Shown piece by piece: positions 26,974 through 35,543 of a stretch of DNA of 64,000 bases (position 1 is its first letter; the number at the start of each line of letters is the position of its first letter). A program made the position numbers and the translations under genes. This DNA comes from a virus. A model generated the notes under the pieces. The model saw only the letters and a program-made list of their open reading frames with translations. It was not told the DNA's origin and did not search any database. The DNA lies in IMG/VR virus record IMGVR_UViG_3300026097_000017, positions 16,074-80,073 of that record, one strand, 5' to 3'.

Positions 26974-28181
26974 GGTTGTAATCCTACTTTATCCGATGCC
27001 CGATTGGTTGAGTTTTTACTACGGAATACTACTTTCTTCACGCTGTCCTGTAACTCTGACATAATAACTGAAAAGTCACCAATCGGATTTGAATTGCCAA
27101 TACTGTATTTAACGTATATCACCAGTCCTGAAGTTGCATCCTTAAAAATATTTGTAGGATTCGCATCTTTGTTTGCTTTAGCAATAATATACTTTTCAGT
27201 GTAATAAAAGATTTCGCCGATCTTTGGCTGTCCCTTTAAGTTTGGGATGTTGATTAAGTCAATTAGATCAGCGAACAATTCGTAATCATAGTTTGTTTTT
27301 TGAAAATCAGAAAACTTTATTTTACTTGCTGCCTGCAATGCTTTATTTGATAAAACATTCTTTCCTTCTATAGCATTGATTGCCTGAAAAGGAAACTGTA
27401 CTGTAGAGTATTGAGTGATCATCTCAAGAATCTTTTTGACTGTAGAAGTATTGTATTTTCTCAAAAGATTTTTCTGCTCAAGTAATGTGATCACGTCAGC
27501 AGGTTTTAGTGTATTCGTAGTTGAACCACTCTTAGCTGAAATACTGTAACGAACCTTAGAACTGTCTTGGATATAGTAGTCAACGATCGGCTCATTACCT
27601 CTGAGCGGAAAGACCAGTGTTGGGTTGGTAGATAACTTAATTTGAGGAGAAAGTATTTTGTGCTTCACACAAGCGATTGCTCCTAGCATCTCACCATAGT
27701 CTTTCTGTATTTCATTGACACCACGGAAGTCGCCGAATGTTTTACGAACATCTGCCGCAGTTGTATTGTCAATCTTAGCCCAATATTTGGTCAATGCGAT
27801 TAAGTATGTTTTCAGATCGGCTTCTAAGTCTTGCCGTTCTTCAATCTCATCAATTAACCCTTTAGCAAGTTCATCTGCTTTAAGTGATTCTTTTTTGAGA
27901 AGTTTAAAATCTTGTGGTTTTAATTTGATACCAGAAACCAGTTTACTCTTTGGCTTCTGGACATTATTGAATGTGACGTAGTATTTTTTGTCGCGATACT
28001 GAATCGGGCATTTTTCATTGTAGGTATCGGTTGCCAGGAAAACGATTGGGGAACCAGCTTCAATATTACCAACGTTGCGCAATTGCTCATCAAGCAAAGG
28101 CGACTTCTTCTTCATTACGGTTTCAATGTCACCTTTGCCTTTGAAGTGTTTTTCCCAAGCGTCTTTACCTGTCGATGCCAT
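26970..28181 (-). CDS. putative PD-(D/E)xK restriction-endonuclease-like protein
   Basis: 'DYGEMLG...FP..GNEPIVDY.......ISAK' pattern. Confidence 0.55.
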   Translation of the reverse strand: MASTGKDAWEKHFKGKGDIETVMKKKSPLLDEQLRNVGNIEAGSPIVFLATDTYNEKCPIQYRDKKYYVTFNNVQKPKSKLVSGIKLKPQDFKLLKKESLKADELAKGLIDEIEERQDLEADLKTYLIALTKYWAKIDNTTAADVRKTFGDFRGVNEIQKDYGEMLGAIACVKHKILSPQIKLSTNPTLVFPLRGNEPIVDYYIQDSSKVRYSISAKSGSTTNTLKPADVITLLEQKNLLRKYNTSTVKKILEMITQYSTVQFPFQAINAIEGKNVLSNKALQAASKIKFSDFQKTNYDYELFADLIDLINIPNLKGQPKIGEIFYYTEKYIIAKANKDANPTNIFKDATSGLVIYVKYSIGNSNPIGDFSVIMSELQDSVKKVVFRSKNSTNRASDKVGLQP

Positions 28182-28378
28182 TATTCGTTATCTGTTTGAC
28201 CTTCTTCGTCTGCTTCAATGTTTTTATCAGCATCAAATAATGATGACGCAATCTCAGCTCGTTTGGTATCCATTGCCAAACTAATACGCTGTAAGACTTC
28301 GTCCTCAAATGCTGATTTGAACGCAGATGCTTGTTTGTTTTGGGCTGCATCAACCATTTTATTTAAATTCTCTGACAT
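28181..28378 (-). CDS. small prohead core protein (gp67-like)
   Basis: 'ASAFKSAF...RISLAMDTKRAEIASSLF' plus acidic tail resembles the ORF that normally follows the portal gene. Confidence 0.6.
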   Translation of the reverse strand: MSENLNKMVDAAQNKQASAFKSAFEDEVLQRISLAMDTKRAEIASSLFDADKNIEADEEGQTDNE

Positions 28379-28403
28379 AGTATATCCTCCTCATAGATAG
28401 AAA

Positions 28404-28410
28404 TATTTAG
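28404..28410 (-). promoter_or_regulatory. T4-type late promoter heading the 15-28 kb late block
   Basis: CTAAATA then GAGGAGG RBS. Confidence 0.7.
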
Positions 28411-28796
28411 GCACACACCGTAGCGAGTTCTTTCTCTTTAGAGTATGCCTCTTTCTCCCAAGGAAGTTCGTAGTATGGTACATTGTATTCCTTACCGTAC
28501 CAGAGACGACCGTCCTCACTCAACTCTTGTTTAATGTACTGTTTAGCGTGGACTAGTTCGTGAGCCAAATGACAACGTAATTCCGCATCAGTGAAATCTT
28601 CTTTAGCGATTTCAATAATGATGTCGTCGTAATCAGTATCTGTACCACAGAAACCACCCATCTCACCGTCGACTGATTTGCTACCAATAATAGTAACTTC
28701 GCCTTCAGTTACGTCTAACGCAGAAAGAACTCGGTAAGCAAAGTCACCGAGTTCTGCGTTTTTCTTTCTACCGAAACCTTTTACTTCAACAAACAT
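28407..28796 (-). CDS. HExxH zinc metallopeptidase-like early protein
   Basis: 'LAHELVHAKQY...LPWEKEAY'. Confidence 0.75.
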   Translation of the reverse strand: MFVEVKGFGRKKNAELGDFAYRVLSALDVTEGEVTIIGSKSVDGEMGGFCGTDTDYDDIIIEIAKEDFTDAELRCHLAHELVHAKQYIKQELSEDGRLWYGKEYNVPYYELPWEKEAYSKEKELATVCA

Positions 28797-28822
28797 TAAC
28801 TTCTCTCTCAACCTATACATAT

Positions 28823-28851
28823 ATTGTAGTTTATTTCTGAGAAAAAGTCAA
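28823..28851 (-). promoter_or_regulatory. sigma70-type early promoter
   Basis: TTGACT-N17-TACAAT. Confidence 0.8.
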
Positions 28852-28854
28852 GCA

Positions 28855-29235
28855 TTATTTTTCACTTGGTTTCAACTTTGTTGTTGTTGCACCATAAGTG
28901 TCACTGAGATTGATCGTCAAAGCATCAGTATCTGAATCACCAATACCACTGATAGTGTATTCAAATGGATCGATGTCTGCATGATAACTTCCACCAGCAC
29001 CATCAAAAACGAAATCTACTTCGCTAGAATCATATGAATTGATTTCATTCAAGGTGATCGGATCATCATACTGATCATCTCTAACTAAATCAAAATATTC
29101 TTCTTGATCAATAACGAACCCTGATGCCAACATGAATGTGCGGAACTCACTCACAATGTCCACCATGCTCTCAGCTTCAAATGTGATACTTGTACTTCTA
29201 TCTTCATTGTACACAGAAAATGTATAACTAGCCAT
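28855..29235 (-). CDS. acidic hypothetical protein
   Basis: 126-aa ORF with AAGGA RBS. Confidence 0.7.
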   Translation of the reverse strand: MASYTFSVYNEDRSTSITFEAESMVDIVSEFRTFMLASGFVIDQEEYFDLVRDDQYDDPITLNEINSYDSSEVDFVFDGAGGSYHADIDPFEYTISGIGDSDTDALTINLSDTYGATTTKLKPSEK

Positions 29236-29244
29236 ATTAAATCC

Positions 29245-30642
29245 TTATGTAATCCATCCAGAAAAATCTTTAACCGTATTCTTTACACTCTTCCCAAAGT
29301 CAGAGTTATCAAATACAGGCACATCTTGACCGCTGTCAATGATATCATCTTGAGCGGTTTGCTCTACATCATACAAGCGCATCTTAGAACGATCAATGCC
29401 AACTACGAAACGTTTGTTCATCGTTGGATCATTATAACGATTCTTCAACTGCTTGATCATGATTTGGTTTAAACTCTCCATCTCTTCAGTGGAGATCATT
29501 GCAAACATAAAGTCAGCTGTCGCTGGCAGACCGAATGATTCAGATGTATCTTCAAGTCCGATATCGCTCGACACATATCCTGAGCGAGTCGTCTGAGTAG
29601 CTGATACAACGGGAAGATTAAACTCTACCGCTAGTCCACGCAGTTCCTCAGCGATTGACTTGATGAGTGTGTAGGAGTTTACTGATCCACCCATCCGAAT
29701 CCTTGAGGAAGAACAAATATTCAGATAATCAATATAAATGATATCAGGAACAAAGTTCCGCTTCAAGTTCAGCTCATTCAATAAATGACGGAAGTGATTC
29801 ACTGATGCTGACGCAGTAGGATATTCCTTCACGATCAGCTTTCCGCTTGTTTGCTTGTTAATTTTATCAATCTTGCTTTGATAAAGTTGCTCAGGCAAGT
29901 TGTACAAATCATTCAAAGAAACGTTCATCAAGTTTGCGTCAATACGTTCAGCAATCTTTTCTTCAGCCATCTCCATCGTAATGTACAAAACATTGCGTCC
30001 CAACATTAAATTATTAGCAGCACAATGACACATGAACAACGATTTACCGACACCTGTACCTGCCAGCGCAATATTCAATGATTTGCGGGACAACCCACCT
30101 TTAGTGATAGTATTCAGAAGTTCTATATCAAACGGAATCTTATCTTCCTTCGTATGATAGAAAGCATATCGTTCAGCAGAATCTTCAATGAAATCGTGAC
30201 CAACGTTTGTATCAAAGGCAACTGCCAAAGCATCCTGCAGAAGTTTAGGAATATGCCCCTTGTCATGGTTTTTGTCACGCCCATCAAGAATTTGAATTGA
30301 ATCCATCACAGCATTGTAGACTGCTTTTTCTTGACAGTATTTTTCAGTTGAATCAATCAACCACTGATGATTAGGTTCATCCTCTACTGAACTAACTTCA
30401 CCAAGCAGATCATTAATTTGTTTAAACTCTTCTTCACGGAGATTGCTTAGATTATCAATCTCGATCTGTAGAGCTTCTTTAGTTGGAAGATTGTTATATT
30501 TTTCTACAAACGACTGTATTTCTTCAAACAGTATTTTCTCAGCCCGACTATTAAAATAATCAGGCTGAATGAATGGTAGAACTTTTCTAGTGTATTCCTC
30601 ATCAAACAGTAGATGACGAAGAATTACTGTTTCAATCCTCAA
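29245..30642 (-). CDS. 41: replicative DNA helicase (T4 gp41)
   Basis: Walker A 'AGTGVGKS', 'IDYLN', 'SATQTTR', 'TSESFGLPATAD'; likely TTG start at 30642. Confidence 0.95.
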   Translation of the reverse strand: MRIETVILRHLLFDEEYTRKVLPFIQPDYFNSRAEKILFEEIQSFVEKYNNLPTKEALQIEIDNLSNLREEEFKQINDLLGEVSSVEDEPNHQWLIDSTEKYCQEKAVYNAVMDSIQILDGRDKNHDKGHIPKLLQDALAVAFDTNVGHDFIEDSAERYAFYHTKEDKIPFDIELLNTITKGGLSRKSLNIALAGTGVGKSLFMCHCAANNLMLGRNVLYITMEMAEEKIAERIDANLMNVSLNDLYNLPEQLYQSKIDKINKQTSGKLIVKEYPTASASVNHFRHLLNELNLKRNFVPDIIYIDYLNICSSSRIRMGGSVNSYTLIKSIAEELRGLAVEFNLPVVSATQTTRSGYVSSDIGLEDTSESFGLPATADFMFAMISTEEMESLNQIMIKQLKNRYNDPTMNKRFVVGIDRSKMRLYDVEQTAQDDIIDSGQDVPVFDNSDFGKSVKNTVKDFSGWIT

Positions 30643-30970
30643 CCTTATCTCCTTCAGCAACGACAGTTTCTGCATACGATGTAACAATATCTACCAGAAT
30701 ATCGCCCATATTATTTCTCAGTTCCGAGAATGGTTCTGGAGGAATATTGTCAACATCATACTCAAAGTCATCAGGAACTTCATGAATTTGATAACTGAAT
30801 TTCAAATCACAAGAACCATCTTCATGCTCATCGCCGACTGAGATTTCACCATAAGAATATTTCAAACCCTTAAAGTTTCCATCTATAATTTCTACTATCG
30901 CTGTATTAGAAGTTTCTGAAATCACATCAGAAACTTTGTACAGTTTACCCTCAAGTTCATACATCTTCAT
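30632..30970 (-). CDS. gp40-position protein (head vertex assembly chaperone-like)
   Basis: Between uvsX and gp41 as in T4; 'YSYGEIS...LKFSY...GDILVDI'. Confidence 0.55.
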   Translation of the reverse strand: MKMYELEGKLYKVSDVISETSNTAIVEIIDGNFKGLKYSYGEISVGDEHEDGSCDLKFSYQIHEVPDDFEYDVDNIPPEPFSELRNNMGDILVDIVTSYAETVVAEGDKVED

Positions 30971-31109
30971 TTTCCTTAGATTCTTTGGACCATGAATAGG
31001 TTTCTGTCAAAACTAAAACCGTTCCTGCTATTAGTAGCCAAACATTATTATAAAAGAAACCTGACAAAAAAGCAAGGTGTCCGATAAAAACACCGAGTCT
31101 ATGACTCAT
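30957..31109 (-). CDS. 50-aa membrane microprotein (not in ORF track)
   Basis: MSHRLGVFIGHLAFLSGFFYNNVWLLIAGTVLVLTETYSWSKESKENEDV; fills the gap and overlaps both neighbours. Confidence 0.55.
   Translation of the reverse strand: MSHRLGVFIGHLAFLSGFFYNNVWLLIAGTVLVLTETYSWSKESKENEDV
31047..31075 (-). promoter_or_regulatory. sigma70-type promoter upstream of gp40/gp41
   Basis: TTGCTT-N17-TATAAT. Confidence 0.7.
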
Positions 31110-32151
31110 CTTCAACTACCTCAGGCTCAACTTCCTCATTACCATAAGTGAACTCAGCTTGAGCAGCTAGATCTAGTTGATGCAGTAAGTCTTCAGTAAA
31201 GTATTTTTCAGGATTCTTATAGATCTCTTTACCAAACACTTTCGTACCATCAGGCATTTCATATCGAGTAGAAACCTTCTTGATGATATCATATTTCTCA
31301 GCAAGTTCAAGTAACCCATAATACCGATCAAGTCCATTCGCATAAGACAGGCGAACCTCTACCTGACTATTTTCCTTTGTTAAACGCGACTTATGGAGTT
31401 TAGCTTTGATGATATTGCCTACGATATCTGTACCTTCTTTGTCCTTTTTCTTAGAAAGATAAACGATTGTAGAAGCAGTATATTTTAACCCTGAACCACC
31501 AGACATTTCTTTCATAGGAATATACGAACCGACCACATCATAAACATGGTTGGTTACAAGCAATGGTACTTGAATCTTAGCCAATGCTAGGTTAAGTACA
31601 CGGAACGTTGCCTTGAGTACCTGAGACTTGGTCATGTCTCTAGTTTCTTTACCGTCTGCAGTATCTTCAATCTCTTTAGTCGAAGATAACTGACCCAGAG
31701 AATCTAGCACCATCATCATTGGTTTGCGTGAATCTTCAGGCTGGTTTTTATACGTCTCGATGATTTTTAGCGCAGTATGACGAAACTTCTGAATTGTATC
31801 TGGTTCTGACACCGCAACTCTTGTAGTATCAATACCACGCGACTCCATCATTTCTTTAGTGACTGCAGCCTCAGTATCAAAATAAATGACACCCCCTTCA
31901 GGATTATCCTTTAGAAACTGTTGCATCACGCCAAGAACAAAGAATGTTTTACCAGTCGCTGATTCACCAGCAAATGTTGTAACTTTATTATTAGGAACAC
32001 CACCATAGATTGTTCCTGACAACGCAGCATTTAGGATATATGAACCTGTATCAATATACCCACTAAACTCACCAGACGATTTGCCATCTGCTGCAATATT
32101 AGTATCTTCATCTTTAATTTGTGTGACAATATCACGGAAAAAATCTGACAT
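31099..32151 (-). CDS. uvsX: UvsX RecA-like recombinase
   Basis: 'AGESATGKTF', 'FDTE', 'LDSLG', 'GGSGLKY'. Confidence 0.95.
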   Translation of the reverse strand: MSDFFRDIVTQIKDEDTNIAADGKSSGEFSGYIDTGSYILNAALSGTIYGGVPNNKVTTFAGESATGKTFFVLGVMQQFLKDNPEGGVIYFDTEAAVTKEMMESRGIDTTRVAVSEPDTIQKFRHTALKIIETYKNQPEDSRKPMMMVLDSLGQLSSTKEIEDTADGKETRDMTKSQVLKATFRVLNLALAKIQVPLLVTNHVYDVVGSYIPMKEMSGGSGLKYTASTIVYLSKKKDKEGTDIVGNIIKAKLHKSRLTKENSQVEVRLSYANGLDRYYGLLELAEKYDIIKKVSTRYEMPDGTKVFGKEIYKNPEKYFTEDLLHQLDLAAQAEFTYGNEEVEPEVVEDES

Positions 32152-32939
32152 TAAAAAAATCCTTCAAGTGTTGCTGTTTCTTCCTGACGACGATCTTTGA
32201 GCCGCAGTTCCGCATGCCCTGTAGTTTCTCTAATATACATCGTACAAAGTTCAGGAAACATTTTGGCGATCCTACTGATTGAGTCATACACATACTCTTT
32301 GGTACGCACCTCTTGAAGACCACCTTCTTCTTTGTAATAATTACTTTTCACAGTATAGTTATCTAATCGGCAAAGCACGTCATTCTTGACATACTGACGG
32401 AGACTGTACTCATAGTCCTCACCATGATTTGTCACTCTTGCCAAATAATCATCATGCTCTACGATCACACCGAACATCGATGCAATCACATAGCAGAGTT
32501 TAGTGTAAACACGATCTTTCATAAAGAACGCATTTGAAGCTGCATAGATGCCGAACGTTTTAGCACCAACCTGCTCAGCTTCAGTGAACCCTCTTATTAT
32601 AATCTCTTTTTCCAAATTGTCAATAGGTTCCAGCTTTTTATCATTCTTTCTTTGAACTTCTTGAACGTCATCATCAAACATCATCAAATATGTGCCTTCT
32701 GGATAATACCGTTCAATCCAGTTTCTTTGGGCTCCGATTGTAGGAACACCCTTTACAATATTTTGCCCATAAGGATTATCTTTTAGCGCATTTGAATATG
32801 TTTCAAACTCTTTATCATCAGCCACAAATACAGTGACACGCTCTGGATCAATATTATGGTGTTCAAATACTTTGAACGTCTTTTCTTGAATTGTTTTCGT
32901 ACGCTTATAGGATGGCACTGCAATTTTATAATCAATCAT
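32151..32939 (-). CDS. TET-associated (TAGT/GREB1-like) GT-A glycosyltransferase
   Basis: 'IAVPSYKR', 'QRNWI', 'FDDD', 'GEDYE', 'GGLQ'; adjacent to the TET/JBP gene. Confidence 0.8.
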   Translation of the reverse strand: MIDYKIAVPSYKRTKTIQEKTFKVFEHHNIDPERVTVFVADDKEFETYSNALKDNPYGQNIVKGVPTIGAQRNWIERYYPEGTYLMMFDDDVQEVQRKNDKKLEPIDNLEKEIIIRGFTEAEQVGAKTFGIYAASNAFFMKDRVYTKLCYVIASMFGVIVEHDDYLARVTNHGEDYEYSLRQYVKNDVLCRLDNYTVKSNYYKEEGGLQEVRTKEYVYDSISRIAKMFPELCTMYIRETTGHAELRLKDRRQEETATLEGFF

Positions 32940-34369
32940 TAAAAAAATCCTTCTAGACTCGCTTTTTCTTCAACTGCTTCAGGATGATATTTTGCTAGTG
33001 TATCACGTCCACCGTGATGCTCTAGATATTGATACCATTCTTTAGAATCCCACATTCCTGGACTCACACCGTTCCAGTATGGACGCCATAGTACATGGTG
33101 CTCATTCAAACGACGATCATCAACAAACTGTCTTCGCAGTTTTTCATAATCATAAGAACCAAGCTGTAACATATCCTCGCGGAAATAAAACACCAAAGAC
33201 ATACGGAGGAAATCATCTTCACCTGAATCAGGTGCTTCAATCGGAGTGTTCGCATGAATCACTCGCATATTATCAATCAGCAACAAATCCCCTGGACGAA
33301 CATTGATTGCCGCACGAACTTCAGGAGCAACCAAATAACCACCTTTCCAACTCTTGCCTTCTTTAGTGACAACAGTCAGATTAGAGTATCCCTCATTCAA
33401 AGAACCTGCATCACGATGACTTGCCATTCGTGCATTACGATCTTTAGTTGTAGTATTTACAGTAATTGTAGTCAGCGTAGTATCTTCGCCTATCAGGAAT
33501 TTGTTGTCAATCGAGTCGGCACATTTTTTCTGCAACGCATAACGTTCAGGGAGCATCCGAGCAAACTCTTTATCAAGTTTCCTAGCAAATGGATAGCACT
33601 TTTCAAACTTCTCTAAGTTGTGTTCAGTGTAAGAAGTTGCTCGCCCATAAGGAATCCGAGGATATCTACCATAATACCCAGCGATACCTGACCAAATGGG
33701 AGTCGCATAAGAGGTTGCCGAGATCATAGTCTTAGCAATTTTCAAAGCATACTTAGCTGCGTCATCTACTGACATTTCAGCGAGTCGTTTCATCGCCTCA
33801 TCGAAAAAGCCTGTGTAGTTTTCAAACTCGGCTTCTACCTTCGTACGCAACCAAACACCGCCACGTGTTTCATACTTTTCAGTTTTATGACGCTCTACAA
33901 TTTCTTCTATCGGATCAGAGCCATCGATATTTTGAGGTGAGCCATCAATGTAATAATCAAGAATATCTTGTTGAAAAGGTGTCACCCAATCACGATTACC
34001 TGACTGCTCTGATCTTGGTCCAGCGGCAAGTCCTCGGTTATTAGATTCAACTGCTGCATCAAACAATCCTTCATACGCACCTTTCTGTTCTTCTTCGGTG
34101 AATACGTTTTTACGGAACTTGAATGCAATTTGCTGTTCACCTAGACAACCAATACATTGCCCATTACAATCTGTAGATTTGACTAAATCACAATCAGGTG
34201 GAAGATAAAAATCTGCATCATTGTCGATTAGAATATCGTAATCATTCTCGTCTACATATTTACCGAGAAGATCTTCTTTGTTGTCAGCGAACAAGGCAAT
34301 ATAAACGTCTTGACCTTCGTCACCTTTATACTTCTGCCAAGATCTGCCGCCAATGGTTACTGTTTCCAT
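32939..34369 (-). CDS. TET/JBP-family 2OG-Fe(II) dioxygenase
   Basis: 'TTITVN...HRDAG', 'GGYL..PE', 'PGDLLL', 'IHANTP', 'RMSLVFYFRE' (HxD...H...R). Confidence 0.85.
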   Translation of the reverse strand: METVTIGGRSWQKYKGDEGQDVYIALFADNKEDLLGKYVDENDYDILIDNDADFYLPPDCDLVKSTDCNGQCIGCLGEQQIAFKFRKNVFTEEEQKGAYEGLFDAAVESNNRGLAAGPRSEQSGNRDWVTPFQQDILDYYIDGSPQNIDGSDPIEEIVERHKTEKYETRGGVWLRTKVEAEFENYTGFFDEAMKRLAEMSVDDAAKYALKIAKTMISATSYATPIWSGIAGYYGRYPRIPYGRATSYTEHNLEKFEKCYPFARKLDKEFARMLPERYALQKKCADSIDNKFLIGEDTTLTTITVNTTTKDRNARMASHRDAGSLNEGYSNLTVVTKEGKSWKGGYLVAPEVRAAINVRPGDLLLIDNMRVIHANTPIEAPDSGEDDFLRMSLVFYFREDMLQLGSYDYEKLRRQFVDDRRLNEHHVLWRPYWNGVSPGMWDSKEWYQYLEHHGGRDTLAKYHPEAVEEKASLEGFF

Positions 34370-34392
34370 ATAAGTTCTCCATGTATGCAATC

Positions 34393-34421
34393 ATTATAAC
34401 TTATTTACACAAACTTATCAA
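34393..34421 (-). promoter_or_regulatory. sigma70-type promoter for TET-GT-uvsX
   Basis: TTGATA-N17-TATAAT. Confidence 0.75.
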
Positions 34422-35241
34422 GCAGTTTTTTCTTTTCTACTTTAGGTGGACGTCCACGCTTTTTAGGTTTGTGTTGTTCAATCAACTGTTGAGTTCTCAC
34501 TTTTTTACGCTGTTCCTTCAGCGATATACTAGCAGCTATCACAAGCAGCACTGCTAATGGATCAAATACAAAAATAATAATCAGAATGACAAATCGTACT
34601 GCCTTCTCTAAAACTTGCTGATCAGGATTGTCACCAAATATCAATTCTGCAATGAACGCAAGAGGACCGACTTCCGCTTTAAAAGCTGACACTTGAAGCT
34701 GAATCTGTGCCAACTCGTCTTGAAGCGAGATGATCTTATTGGACGCTTGATTGATGGATTCCTGGATTTTCTCACGTTCCTCAGTCTGACTTTCTCTTGC
34801 CTCAAGTCCCTTAGAAACTGCCCCAAGCTCGATATATCTTTGTAATGCATCATCAAGCTGTTCCAGAATGGCTTCATTCCGCTCGATTTCCCGATTCTCT
34901 CTCTGAATTCTGGTTTCAATCTGTGTCGCTTTGATGGTAGACTCATTTAAACCTGCTCCCTGATCAATATGTGCTTTCGATAAAAATCCAAAGATACCCA
35001 TTGATGTGATAAACATCAACAGCACAACTGCACCAGTGAGATAATATTTCAATGCTCTAGGTGCAACTTCCCAGTTTTGATGCAGCCATGCCGCAGTCAA
35101 AAGTTTACCTGCTTCCAACACGATACCCATGATCACAATCGCAGTAAAACTCGCAGCGAATATAGCTGTCAATCCAATGATTGAGTAATACGCAGCTACA
35201 GTAGCAATAGCAATCGCTGTAATTAAAGTTGCTATAACCAT
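34405..35241 (-). CDS. membrane protein with 4 TMs and a long coiled coil
   Basis: 'AAYYSIIGL', 'LEAGKL', 'TSMGIFGFLSKAH', 'FVFDPLAVLL'; conserved type in aquatic myoviruses. Confidence 0.75.
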   Translation of the reverse strand: MVIATLITAIAIATVAAYYSIIGLTAIFAASFTAIVIMGIVLEAGKLLTAAWLHQNWEVAPRALKYYLTGAVVLLMFITSMGIFGFLSKAHIDQGAGLNESTIKATQIETRIQRENREIERNEAILEQLDDALQRYIELGAVSKGLEARESQTEEREKIQESINQASNKIISLQDELAQIQLQVSAFKAEVGPLAFIAELIFGDNPDQQVLEKAVRFVILIIIFVFDPLAVLLVIAASISLKEQRKKVRTQQLIEQHKPKKRGRPPKVEKKKLLDKFV

Positions 35242-35543
35242 TAACTTTCGCTTCTTGTGATTGCTAAGATATCCTCGATCTTCTCTTCAATAATTTGTTT
35301 ACGTCCTGGCCAATAAATGTATTCTTTGTCAGATGTGTTTAGCAGATTGACTAACAAAGGCATTATCATTTGTTCAACCATTTGTAGTTTTTCGGCAGCA
35401 GATCTTTCTAAAGTATTGCGAACGCTGTCAACAACTTCTTCAATCTTGGTGTCAGTAGCAGCATTGTATTCTGCTTCACTAACTGCACTAAAACCAAAAT
35501 CGTTATCATTTGACAAATATTCCTGTGGTATTTTAATAGCCAT
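35241..35543 (-). CDS. conserved hypothetical protein
   Basis: 'DFGFSAV...PLL.NL....KEYIYWP.R'; start coupled to the gp43 stop. Confidence 0.75.
   Translation of the reverse strand: MAIKIPQEYLSNDNDFGFSAVSEAEYNAATDTKIEEVVDSVRNTLERSAAEKLQMVEQMIMPLLVNLLNTSDKEYIYWPGRKQIIEEKIEDILAITRSES

Noticed and set aside
34405-34430. C-terminal 'LLDKFV' of the membrane protein as another clamp-binding motif
   Set aside because: Weak match lacking the S/T-L-E-x-F-F pattern, and the sequence is constrained by an overlapping promoter
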